Below, in pieces: positions 12,121 to 21,606 of a DNA stretch of 64,000 bases (positions are counted from its first letter, which is position 1; every line of letters begins with the position of its first letter). The position numbers were made by a program, and so were the translations under genes. The notes beneath the pieces were generated by a model. It saw nothing but the letters and a program-made list of their open reading frames with translations, had not been told where the DNA came from and made no database searches. The stretch lies in the NCBI GenBank assembly GCA_963844755.1, contig CAWJPM010000008.1, positions 69,788 through 133,787 on the forward strand. Reading direction: 5' to 3'. Source of the stretch: Pirellulales bacterium. Lineage in GTDB: Bacteria; Planctomycetota; Planctomycetia; Pirellulales; Thermoguttaceae.

Positions 12121-12149
12121 ATTATCGTCATTTATAAACGGATTGTCAA
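12121..12149 (-). promoter_or_regulatory. sigma70-type promoter for the riboswitch-antiporter-eno transcript
   Basis: The minus strand reads TTGACA (12149-12144), a 17-nt spacer, then GATAAT (12126-12121). This places the start about 5-10 nt before the aptamer. Confidence 0.6.
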
Positions 12150-12304
12150 GTAAAGATTAGTGCTGATTAGCCCTCCCGATCAAACCTACTCATCACCTAT
12201 AATCAGTGGCCAATTCTTCCCCTGTAAAACCCTCGTGCAATTTGCTATGATCTTTGCCGTAAACCGTTTACAGTCAATAAAATGCCCTGGATTACGGCAA
12301 CAAT

Positions 12305-12334
12305 CGTGGAAAAATCGCAATTTGGTGACCAAAA
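12305..12334 (+). promoter_or_regulatory. copy A of the 32-nt CGTGGAAAAATCGCGATTTTGGTGACCAAAA motif, 20 nt upstream of psd
   Basis: cgtggaaaaatcgcaatttggtgaccaaaa. See the findings for the five-copy alignment. Confidence 0.6.
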
Positions 12335-12353
12335 TCGCGCTGAAGTACAACCT

Positions 12354-13257
12354 ATGCCGGAGAATTTTCGCTCCGTGCAACCGGGGGGTGGGGTGTGCTA
12401 TCGCATCGAGTTGGCCTGGGGCGTCTGGCGCCGCTGGTGGCTGAAAAAATTCCGCCCTGGTTACGTGCGGCGAATGGCCCAATTGCGCCGCGGCAGTTGC
12501 GACGCCGCCCCGCACGAAATTCTCGATCCCCGCGATCTGAAATACTGCCGCAACGTGTGCCAATGCGATTGGGACGAGGCCGACGATCCGTTTCGCTGGC
12601 GCGAGCCGTCTGCTTTTTGCCCGTTGGGGATTGGCCGAACTGCAAATTTTCGGCTGGCCGCTTTTGGCGCTGACAATTTTGTCCGCGATATATGTTTGGT
12701 ATCTGGCCTTTGTGCCGGGAATTTTATTGTGTTTGGTAGTGCACTTCTTTCGCGATCCCAAGCGGCGCGTGCCGGCAGGGCAGGGGGTAATCGTTTCGCC
12801 GGCCGACGGCAAAATTACCGAGGTGGCATACCTGGAAAATGAAGATTTCATCGGAGGGCCGGCGGTGCGGATCAGCATATTTTTGTCGATTTTTAACGTG
12901 CATCTGAATCGCGCGCCGGTCGAGTCGAGGGTAATCGCCTTGCGCTATCGGCCCGGCGGATTTATGAGCGCCACGCGTCCGGAAAGCGGAATAAGCAACG
13001 AAAACACCTGGATCGGCTTGGAAGAGGAGTCGCCGCCGCACCGGCGCTTAATCGTGCGGCAAGTTTCCGGGGCGATTGCCCGGCGGATCGTGTGCGATCT
13101 TCGGCCCGGCCAGCTCGTTGCCCGCGGGCATAAATTCGGCATGATCAAGTTCGGCTCCCGCACCGAATTGATCCTGCCACAGTCCCAAGACCTTAAACTT
13201 GAAGTGAAAGTGGGCGATCGAGTCAGAGCGGGGACCACAGTAATTGGGAAATGGTAA
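12354..13257 (+). CDS. psd: phosphatidylserine decarboxylase-related protein (short Asd-type) with an N-terminal Cys-rich extension; frameshift near 12605
   Basis: ORF 12282..12842 (start probably ATG 12354; ...HEILDPRDLKYCRNVCQCDWDEADDPFRW) joins ORF 12631..13257 (VSPADGKITEV...FNVHLNRAP...GMIKFGSRTEL). Confidence 0.75.
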
Positions 13258-13260
13258 TCC

Positions 13261-14310
13261 ATGAAAATCAACGATCTCGAACTGTTTCTGGTTGCCATTC
13301 GGCTTGAAGAACTGAAACAGACCGTTCGTTCGCTGCTTGTCCGCCTGGTCACTGATTCCGGGATTGAAGGTTGGGGCGAGGCATCGAGCAATTGGCGGGA
13401 ATCGGAACTCTCCGGTCGGCAAAATGCACTCTTGGCCGTGCTCAAAGGGCGAGACATTTTCGACATCGAAGAGTTGCACACTCTCGATGCGTTGTCGTCC
13501 CCCGGGCTACGCTGTCCAGTGGAGATGGCCTTTTGGGACCTGGCCGGCAAAGTGGTTGGTCAGCCGCTGTTTAACTTGTTTGGAGGCATTTTTAGGCGGC
13601 GGATTCCGGTGGCCGTGCGTTTGCCGGGCGGGCAGCCCGAGCGAATCGGCAAAATCGCCCGGGAACTGGCCGCCCAAGGTTTTCACAATCAGGTGATCGC
13701 CTCAAGCGGCCGTGCGGAAAATGATTTGCGCATTCTGGCGTCGGTTCGGGAAAACGTGGGCGACAGGGTGCAACTCCGCCTGGACGGACAAGCTCAATAC
13801 AGCTCGGAAATCGCCCGCGATCTGTGCGTCGAATTGGAATACGCCGATTTGGAGTTCTTTCTCGATCCCATAAATACCCGGGAGCTTTATCCCCTGGCTT
13901 CGCTGAGTCGGCAGACGCCCGTGCCCTTGGGCGTTTGGCGGACGATTCATTCGCCGGCCGACGTGCTGGCCGCAGTGCGATGCGGGGCGGGAAAGTACCT
14001 GGTGGTGGATCTCAACCAGATCGGCGGCATCGCCCCGGCACGGCAATGCGCTGCCATTGCCGGCGCCGCACAAACAAGGGCCTTATTGGGCGGGCGGCCA
14101 TCGCTGGGTCCGGGCACGGCCGCCATGCTGCATCTAGCCGCGGCAACGTCTGCATTTTCGGATTGTCAAGAATGCGCCCTGCACCAAATGCGCGACACGG
14201 TGCTTAAAAATCCCTTGGAAATCGTCGACGGCATGATCACAGTCCCGCAAGGCCCGGGCCTGGGCGTGGAGATCGATCGAAGAAAAGTGGAAAAATACAT
14301 TACAGAATAA
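13261..14310 (+). CDS. mandelate racemase/muconate lactonizing enzyme family protein (enolase superfamily)
   Basis: Intact 349-aa ORF starting 4 nt after psd. It contains GIEGWGEA, EMAFWDLAGKVVGQPLFNLFGG and LDGQAQY...DP. Confidence 0.7.
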   Translation: MKINDLELFLVAIRLEELKQTVRSLLVRLVTDSGIEGWGEASSNWRESELSGRQNALLAVLKGRDIFDIEELHTLDALSSPGLRCPVEMAFWDLAGKVVGQPLFNLFGGIFRRRIPVAVRLPGGQPERIGKIARELAAQGFHNQVIASSGRAENDLRILASVRENVGDRVQLRLDGQAQYSSEIARDLCVELEYADLEFFLDPINTRELYPLASLSRQTPVPLGVWRTIHSPADVLAAVRCGAGKYLVVDLNQIGGIAPARQCAAIAGAAQTRALLGGRPSLGPGTAAMLHLAAATSAFSDCQECALHQMRDTVLKNPLEIVDGMITVPQGPGLGVEIDRRKVEKYITE

Positions 14311-14311
14311 A

Positions 14312-14400
14312 GGGCTCTCACAAAACCTCCCCTCGCCCTTTGGGAGAGGGGCCGGGGGTGAGGGCTTTCTTAAATGCACAGGAGATTTTGATAGAGTTCC
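14312..14400 (+). repeat. ~90-nt REP/MITE-like element, copy 2
   Basis: gggctctcacaaaacctcccctcgccctttgggagaggggccgggggtgagggc...ggagattttgatagagttcc, immediately after the stop at 14310. Confidence 0.75.
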
Positions 14401-14430
14401 GAACAGTGAGCTTCACTCTTCTACTCTGCA

Positions 14431-14868
14431 TTAACTCCTGATATAGTCTTTCATAAAGCGGTTTTCCATGGCCAGGCGGTCGTGCTGGGCTTTGACCAGG
14501 TCGCCTATGGAAACAAGGCCGATCAGGCGGCCTTCGGCAAGGACCGGAATGTGGCGAATCCGCTTATCGGTCATCAGGCCCATTACCTTATCGATACTGT
14601 CGCCGGGCGCGGCGGTTATAAGCGGGGAACTCATTACCGTGGTCACTTCCACGGCGGCTAAGGGCAAATTGCTTTTCGCGCAGTGGTAAAGTATGTCGCG
14701 TTCGGTGACGATGCCCAGCAATTCCTGCTCGCCCGAGGGCCCTTGCCGGGCCACCAACAAAGAACCGATCCGGCGTTCCACCAGCGTATGCGCCACCTCG
14801 TCGAGCATGGTCCCCGGCGCGATGGTATGCACAACACTGCCCTTTGCACTAATAATGTCTTGGATCAT
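14431..14868 (-). CDS. CBS domain pair protein
   Basis: Intact 145-aa ORF with two CBS-like repeats (GIVTERDIL, IRHIPVLAEGRLIGLVSIGDLV). Confidence 0.75.
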   Translation of the reverse strand: MIQDIISAKGSVVHTIAPGTMLDEVAHTLVERRIGSLLVARQGPSGEQELLGIVTERDILYHCAKSNLPLAAVEVTTVMSSPLITAAPGDSIDKVMGLMTDKRIRHIPVLAEGRLIGLVSIGDLVKAQHDRLAMENRFMKDYIRS

Positions 14869-15039
14869 GCCGCACTCTCCAAAAAAAGGCGATTAGTTTG
14901 CCGCGTCTGTTTAGACCACTTGTCCATTCTTGCTGCTCACACTGAATTTTAGACCACCGGTTTGGTAAGGTCAAAGGCAATTTATTAATCCTCCATTTAG
15001 CCCAAGCACTTGTGCCAGGCGGAATGCCCGGATTTTATG

Positions 15040-15759
15040 CTATTTATGCGGTTGTTCTTGCGGAATTCGTTCTAATATAATTACAACTCCTTTCCCGAGA
15101 GCTCGGTTTCCGTAAACTCCTGGACTAACCTCAAAATCAGCATCTCTAGAAAATGAATCCGGACGGCCGGCGCCAGGGAGAGATAAATCCAATCGCAATT
15201 TTTGACCCTTAAAACAATAGATACATTCATTTATACTGTTTTTGTCGAAAATATCCATCCATTTAGGTTCGTGATTCAGATAGATTTTGCAGTTGTTTTC
15301 GTTGAGTGTAATGATTTGTTCGGCGCCATTGTACGACATGGGCTTCTCTGTAACATCATAGAGCATCTTCCATTTTCCGAATACTAAACGCTGTTCTTGA
15401 TATAGGATATTAAGCCGGTGTCTATACCAAGCGCAAATTATAGCGACGATTACGAATAATATCAGCAGAGACCTGATGCTGTACTGATATGTTCTTCGGT
15501 CTTTAACACGCCGAGCGATTTCTCTGGCAAGTTTCCGCGGTGCATTCCTTATAAGCACAATGCCGGCGCAAATATACGGCCAAAGAAATACGATGGTCGC
15601 GAAGGGCAGAAATAATATCAATAGAAAATCAGATCGGCTGATAAAGGCAAAAAGCAAAAGCAATTCGATGGCGATAATCCGCAAACCGACGATAACGATT
15701 ATTGAACGTCTTGGCTGAATCGTTACTTCATCATCACTATTACTGCCGGATTGTTGCAT
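15040..15759 (-). CDS. membrane protein with a C-terminal TIGR03067-like (Planctomycete lipocalin-like) domain
   Basis: 239 aa and low GC. It has N-terminal TM helices followed by GKWKMLY...IYCFKGQKLRLDLSLPGAGRPDSF, which resembles the TIGR03067 pattern. Confidence 0.55.
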   Translation of the reverse strand: MQQSGSNSDDEVTIQPRRSIIVIVGLRIIAIELLLLFAFISRSDFLLILFLPFATIVFLWPYICAGIVLIRNAPRKLAREIARRVKDRRTYQYSIRSLLILFVIVAIICAWYRHRLNILYQEQRLVFGKWKMLYDVTEKPMSYNGAEQIITLNENNCKIYLNHEPKWMDIFDKNSINECIYCFKGQKLRLDLSLPGAGRPDSFSRDADFEVSPGVYGNRALGKGVVIILERIPQEQPHK

Positions 15760-15766
15760 AGAACCA

Positions 15767-16513
15767 TCAGGGATTGTTCAAAGATGCCGCTTTTTCCTTT
15801 GAAGTGGAGAACTTTGTGGTGTCCACGTAGGCGTACAGGCCGCCGACTCGCCGGGCAAGTTCTTTGAGGAAGCTTTCCTTATCGGGCTGGGCATCCGGGC
15901 CGAATTCGATGATATTCATGCTGATTCCGACGGACCAATCATGTATCTTTTCCATCTCTTGCGGCGTAAGTTTCGGATCGTCGCCGTCGGTAAGGAAGAA
16001 AATTACGTCGGGCTTCAAGGAGCAGGCCATGCGCAGGGCGGCCTCGTGATCGGTTCCGCCATTGGCTTCTATAGAGTTCAAAAAACGCTCGACGGCCAGT
16101 TTATTTTGCCCGGTGCCAAAAACCAGTTTTCCAGGCGTGCCGCTAGGATTAAAGAGCACCGGGCGATGGTTGTAAAAGATGATTTGAAACTGGTGAACGG
16201 TATCCAGGTTCTTCAGACTGGCTAATAGTTCCGCCTTCACCGCCTTAAGCGATGCGCTGCCGTCGCCGCCCATGCTCCCCGAGCGATCGAACACGTAAAC
16301 GAACTTATAGCCCTCGCCCATCAGGCCGAACATGCCGGTGCGGGCCTTGCCGCCGCCCTTGGGGCCGACGGAAAACCCCAGACCATCGAATTCTTTCATG
16401 CCGCTGGGGTCATTGCCGGCCTTGGGTTTATCGGGCTCGGCCCCAATGACCAGGGCCGATAGACCCAATCCAATGAGAAAAATGATCGCAAGCGGACGAA
16501 TGATACGGCACAT
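15767..16513 (-). CDS. secreted von Willebrand factor A (vWA) domain protein
   Basis: Within ORF 15767..16606 the likely start is ATG 16513 (MCRIIRPLAIIFLIGLGLSALVIG signal). The MIDAS motif is VFDRSGSMGG, followed by GGTDHEAAL and FFLTDGDD. Confidence 0.75.
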   Translation of the reverse strand: MCRIIRPLAIIFLIGLGLSALVIGAEPDKPKAGNDPSGMKEFDGLGFSVGPKGGGKARTGMFGLMGEGYKFVYVFDRSGSMGGDGSASLKAVKAELLASLKNLDTVHQFQIIFYNHRPVLFNPSGTPGKLVFGTGQNKLAVERFLNSIEANGGTDHEAALRMACSLKPDVIFFLTDGDDPKLTPQEMEKIHDWSVGISMNIIEFGPDAQPDKESFLKELARRVGGLYAYVDTTKFSTSKEKAASLNNP

Positions 16514-16624
16514 ATCTATATTGTACGTTAGCAATAAGCGATCAGCAATCAGCTTTTTATTCCCGTAGGGTGCGTGAAACGCACCGAATTCATGTGGATT
16601 TTTCATAGGTGTGTTTCACACACC

Positions 16625-17119
16625 CTACTGATTCGTCCACCTCGTATCCGCAAGGACAACCGAAGTCTCGATTTGCCGCGGGGAGATTTTCCAAAACTGT
16701 TTCAGCAAGCTGTTTTTTTCATCGGTGGGCAGAAGCCGATAGCCGTTTTTCCGGTAAAAGGCCACGGCCCAAACGGCATCGGCCCAGGTGCCGATCAATA
16801 TGGGTTTTTCCGATGTAGTCTCCAGATATCGCAATAATTGCGTGCCGATGCCCCGATTCCTTTTATCGGTTCGCACATAGGCATGACGAATGAGAGTGAC
16901 TTCACCCTTGTCTTGAATTCCCATAACCCCGATCAAGTCGTTTTCATCCGCAAATCCCCAGAAGCATACGCCGTCGCCGATCTCCCATTTAAGTTGTTCC
17001 AAAGGCATGTATGGCTCGTGCCAGCAATCGGCCGGTATGACGCCCTTATACGCGGTTGCGGCGTCGTTGACGATCTGGAATACTACTTCAAGATCCTGGT
17101 CCGTGCATTTTCTTATCAT
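16625..17119 (-). CDS. GNAT family N-acetyltransferase
   Basis: Intact 164-aa ORF. The RNRGIGTQLL motif (acetyl-CoA binding Q/RxxGxG/A) sits in a GNAT-sized protein. Confidence 0.75.
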   Translation of the reverse strand: MIRKCTDQDLEVVFQIVNDAATAYKGVIPADCWHEPYMPLEQLKWEIGDGVCFWGFADENDLIGVMGIQDKGEVTLIRHAYVRTDKRNRGIGTQLLRYLETTSEKPILIGTWADAVWAVAFYRKNGYRLLPTDEKNSLLKQFWKISPRQIETSVVLADTRWTNQ

Positions 17120-17227
17120 TTGTGATGATTACGAAAGAACTCCAGGCACAAGTGCTTGGGTTTCTGCGTTGGGCAGCAGTTTAACTGCTGCCCCAACATT
17201 GCAGGCTAAACGGATAATATAATATTA

Positions 17228-18506
17228 TTATGAGCCGCCGTGCGGTTGTTGGTGTTTGAGTTCGGCCATCATGAAACTGATAGCGCGGAGATATTCGCGG
17301 GCGGAGGCGACGTAGTCGGCCAAGTTGCGGGCATCGTTGGCGGAGGTAAGAAATTGATTGAAACGGTTCCATTCGATCTTCCAGTTTTCACCCACCGCGG
17401 CGTCGCGCAGTTGGTTGATGATTTCCATGAGCTTAACGATGAATTTCTCATCGGGCAGGCAATCGCAACTCACATAAGGACCGCGGCCGAAATGCCGGCC
17501 ATCGAATGAGGGGGCCTCTTCCGCGCCGCCGTAATGCCGCACCATGGCCGTTATGCCGCTTAAGACGGCAACCAAAAGTGAAATAATGGCGAAAGTCCAT
17601 TTTTCTATAGCACAAAAACCCAATGCCGCCAAAAAGGCCATGCCGAGGATTGTCCATATCAGGGGATGAACCGGTCGTCGATTTTGATCGCCCGCCTCAC
17701 CAGCCGACTGGGCGCCGGGATCTTGAGCGATTTGCCGATCCAACACCCGGGCGCAAACCACAGTGATGTTGTCCGGCCCGCCGCGGAGGTTCGCCAGATC
17801 GACCAGGGCCTTTACTGCCTCGGCCGGGGGCAGGCAAACCAGCACCGCGCCGATCTCCGCATCTTCGACCTGACCGGAAAGCCCGTCGCTGCACAGCAGA
17901 AACGTGTCGCCAGCCTGGCAGGGATGCGGGCCTTCCAGATCGACTTGCACGTTCGGATTCGGTCCCAGCGATCGTGTAATGATGTTTTTACCTATGAAGT
18001 TTGTGATCGGCTCCTCGTACTTCTGGCCGGTGGCTTGCAGTTCCCAGACCAGGCTATGATCGAAGGTAAGCTGATCGATCTTTTGCCCGCGGACGCGATA
18101 TGCCCGGCTGTCGCCCGACGTGCGCCAAAAGAGCCCCTTGGGGTAAGATCACCAACACCGTGGCGGTCGTGCCCATGCCTTTAAACTCGGGACTGGCCTG
18201 TCCACGGGTGTAGATTTGATTATTTGCATCCACTAAGGCGGCTAAAAGAGCGTCGGGCGGCGATTTGTCGCGGAGTTTCTGATACGTCAGAGGCACGATG
18301 TCGGTGGCGATCTTGCTGGCCAATTCCCCGGCAGCATGTGCGCCCATGCCGTCGGCCACCATGAACAGATGCCCCCGCCGCATAAAATCCTGCTGATTGC
18401 CCGCCAAAAACACGGTAAAGCTGTCTTGGTTATTGGCGCGGCGCAACCCCAAGTCGCTTAACGCTGCATTTTCCAAACATTTTTTCCAAGACAGAGACTG
18501 GGGCAT
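17228..18506 (-). CDS. PP2C-family Ser/Thr phosphatase with a C-terminal 2-TM plus helical extension; one frameshift near 18117
   Basis: ORF 18054..18506 (FMVADGMGAHAAGELAS...GMGTTATVLV) plus ORF 17228..17950 (LLCSDGLSGQV...GGPDNITVVCARV). Removing one G from the GGG at about 18117 restores [28 protein letters not shown]. Confidence 0.85.
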
Positions 18507-18775
18507 TGATTTAAATATGGAGAATATAGAGTAAATGCGTATTATAGGTTAAATTTATCGCCTCAAATCATGCAGGAAATTAGTCAAATTGGCAGTTTAG
18601 CCGAGATTTGTAAAAAATCCCAATCCCTCAATTATATATTAGTTTCTAATAAAATCACCAAGCCATGGCTAAATAAGTACCTTGCAAGTTATTCTAAGAT
18701 GGTCTAATATTTCGTTACTTGGCGAAACGATAGAAGTAAAGTTTCTAACCTGTTATTTTAAGGAGGATCAAAGTA

Positions 18776-19574
18776 ATGAAGTGGATTTCTCTAGCAATCG
18801 TTGGTGTTACCCTGGCAATTGGCGTAGCAATGGCTGAAGCCCAAGACCGTGTCACCCGCTCGCCATCCACAAAGGATCAGGCTGCCGGCGCTAAAGTCAG
18901 CCAAGGCCAGGCTGCAATCGATCAGGCGGCGGCGGATCAGAAATACTCCTTGATCTTCTTTTGGAGGGATAAGAACACAAATACGGACAAGGCATGGAGT
19001 AATTTTTCTTCGGCCGCGGCCGGACTAGCGGATTCGGCTGCTGTGGTTTCCGTCCAAATCACCGATCCCGCCGAAAAGCAACTCGTTGATCGGTATGGCG
19101 TGGCCCGTACCGCCATGCCCATGGTGATGGCAGTCGCTCCATGCGGCGCTATTACCAAGGGATTTACCGGCGCAGTCGATGAATCCAAACTCCGCATCGC
19201 CTTTGTAAGTCCCTGCACGGCCGAGTGCATGAAAGCCCTTCAGCAGCGACAAATTAGTCCTGCTTTGCGTCGAACCCGCGTCCTCGCAGGTCAAGGAAAT
19301 GTCATTGCAAAAAGGCGTGCAAGATTTCACCGCTGACCCGCAATACGCGAAAACCAGCGCAGTGGTGGTTCTCAATGCGGGCGATCAGGCGGAAGAATCG
19401 TTTCTGAAAGACTTAAAAGTTGATGCGAAAACGCCCACTCAAGTCACGGTGCTATTGTCCCCGCCCGGCTCGGTACTCGGCACGCTTGTGGGAAACGTCA
19501 CCCAAGCCCAGATCGTCGCCAAAATAAAAGAAGCATCGACTTGCGGTCCCAATTGCGCTTGTCATCAGAAATAG
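18776..19574 (+). CDS. secreted protein with two thioredoxin-fold-like repeats (no CxxC) and a Cys/His-rich C-terminal tail; frameshift near 19250-19300
   Basis: Strong SD (AAGGAGG) and a signal peptide MKWISLAIVGVTLAIGVAMA. ORFs 18776..19336 and 19299..19574 join. The two halves align with each other (YSLIFFWRD.../...VVVLNAGDQ...). The tail is STCGPNCACHQK. Confidence 0.5.
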
Positions 19575-19586
19575 GAGACACAATCC

Positions 19587-20799
19587 ATGCGTTTACGAAC
19601 CATTGTTTTGCGCGAAATCTTTGAGCGCAAGAGCCAATTGCTCACCAGCTTCCTGGCGATTCTGCTGGGAATCACGGTGATCGTTTCCATCAAAAACATC
19701 TCCTATTATTCCGAGATGGCCGTGGCGCGGGAAATGGACTCGCTTGGAGCAAATGTCCTGGTGTTGCCAAAGTCGTCTACCTTGCAGGATTACTATGCAG
19801 CCGACATGCAGGGTGAAACCATTCCCGAGGAATACGTGACGCAACTTGCCATGTCCGACCTCGAAGGACTCGATAACCTTTCGCCGAAGCTATCGGTTCC
19901 GGTGGAAATTGGCGATAAGACCTTCACGCTTACCGGCATCTTGCCTAAAAGCGAGTTCCAAGCTAAGGCGGCTTGGGGCGGCGCGGGCATCTTTTCTCGG
20001 CCCATAGGTTGCGGGGCCTCGGTTGGCATGATGGGATCTGATGACAAGAAGACGCTAGCCCGCAAGCGGGTCATCGACACGCTGGAAGACAACGAAGTTC
20101 TAGTGGGAGCCGATGTTGCCGTAAATATTGCATTGAAAGATGCCGACACGCTCGAACTGCTCGGCAAAAAATTCACGGTAACTGCGGTATTGCCACAGAC
20201 GGGCACTGTAGATGATTCGCGCATCTTCGCCCATCTCCACACAGTGCAAGACTTGACCGGAAAAGGGCCGGTCATCAACGCCATTGAAGTCATCGGCTGC
20301 TGCCAGCAGATTTCCAAAGGGTTGGTGGCAAAAATCAATAGCCTGTTGCCCGATGCAAAGGTAGTCACGATCACGCAGATCGCCGATGCCCAGATCAAGA
20401 TCAATCGGATGATGTCCAACCTCTCGCTAATGTTCCTTGTGATTATAATTTTCGTCGGCGGAGCCAGCATTGCAAATTATATGTATGCGAACGTCTTCGA
20501 GCGGAGACGGGAAATCGGAACGCTGATGGCGCTGGGCACTGACTCGCGGTTGATTCAGAAAATATTTCTGTTAAAAGCCTTATTGTTGGGCGCTGCCGGC
20601 GGGATTTGCGGTTATGTGCTGGGCACGATCCTGGCCGTAGTGCTAGGCCCAAGGTTGGCCGGCGTGCCTGTGCTGCCGATGCCGCTATTAGCGTTAGTGG
20701 CGATAGGCATTTCCGTCAGTCTTACCATTGTGCGCAAGTTATTTTCCCGCCAGGCGAGCAGCCCGACTCGACCCTTGTTCTACTTTCCAGGAGATCTGA
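19587..20799 (+). CDS. ABC transporter permease, FtsX/MacB-LolC type; frameshift near 20735
   Basis: The first 385 aa of ORF 19587..21497 show a TM helix, a large periplasmic domain and three further TM helices. After a +1 shift the C-terminus reads [14 protein letters not shown]...QEI*, the canonical FtsX end, with a stop at 20797-20799. Confidence 0.8.
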
Positions 20800-20802
20800 A
20801 CC

Positions 20803-21497
20803 ATGTTACGAATGGAAAACGTTTCCAAAAAATATCGTCATCGCGGCCAAATTGTGACGGCCTTGGACGGCGCCGACCTGAGAATATCCAAGGGCGACTT
20901 CGTGGCCGTGGTCGGCCCCAGCGGGAGCGGCAAAAGCACGCTATTGCTGATGCTGGGCGGCATGTTATCGCCCAGTTCGGGCCGCGTGCTGCTGGAAGGA
21001 GAGTCGATCTACGACTTGAAATCCGACCAGCGCACAGACTGAGAAAAAAGAAGATAGGTTTTGTCTTCCAGACGTTCAACCTCGTAACTTATCTATCGGC
21101 TTTGGAAAATGTGCAAATCCCGCTGTATCTTGCCGGGCTGGAGGGCAAGGCCCAAGCGGAACGAGCCACATTTTTGTTAGACCGCGTGGGATTGGCCGAC
21201 AGACTGCATCACAAGCCCTGCGAGCTTAGCGTGGGACAGCAACAGCGCGTCGCACTGGCGCGGATGCTGGCCAACGATCCGGCGGTGATTTTGGCCGACG
21301 AGCCGACCGGAAACCTGGATCCCGAGACTACCCAACATGTAATCAAGTTTCTCGAGGAGGTCAACCAGGAAGGCCGCACAATCGTCATGGTGACCCACGA
21401 CCCCCGCGCGGCTGAAAAGGCGAAAAATACCCTGCGATTAACCAACGGGGCAATCATCTCAAACAAACAGGACTGGGAAGAATTACATGTTGCATGA
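20803..21497 (+). CDS. ABC transporter ATP-binding protein (LolD/MacB-type); frameshift near 21035
   Basis: ORF 20803..21042 (Walker [10 protein letters not shown]) continues in the frame of ORF 19587..21497 ([41 protein letters not shown]). Confidence 0.85.
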
Positions 21498-21531
21498 AGA
21501 GATTCAAAACTGCCCCGACGTGGAAGTATGC

Positions 21532-21590
21532 TTGACAGGCGAGCCGGGGGCTGATAAAAATTGCCAAACGACAAACTTATCCTTTGGCAA
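21532..21590 (+). promoter_or_regulatory. sigma70-like promoter plus inverted-repeat operator upstream of arsR
   Basis: TTGACA (21532-21537), a 17-nt spacer, then TAAAAA(T). It is followed by TTGCCAAA-N14-TTTGGCAA (21561-21590), a dyad of the kind ArsR/SmtB repressors bind. Confidence 0.5.
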
Positions 21591-21606
21591 TGCGTCATGC
21601 GACATT

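Noticed and set aside
12186-13550. Minus-strand ORFs 12186..12878 (230 aa) and 12945..13550 (201 aa)
   Set aside because: They are antisense to psd and to the enolase-superfamily gene, and have Arg/Ser/Pro-rich shadow composition.
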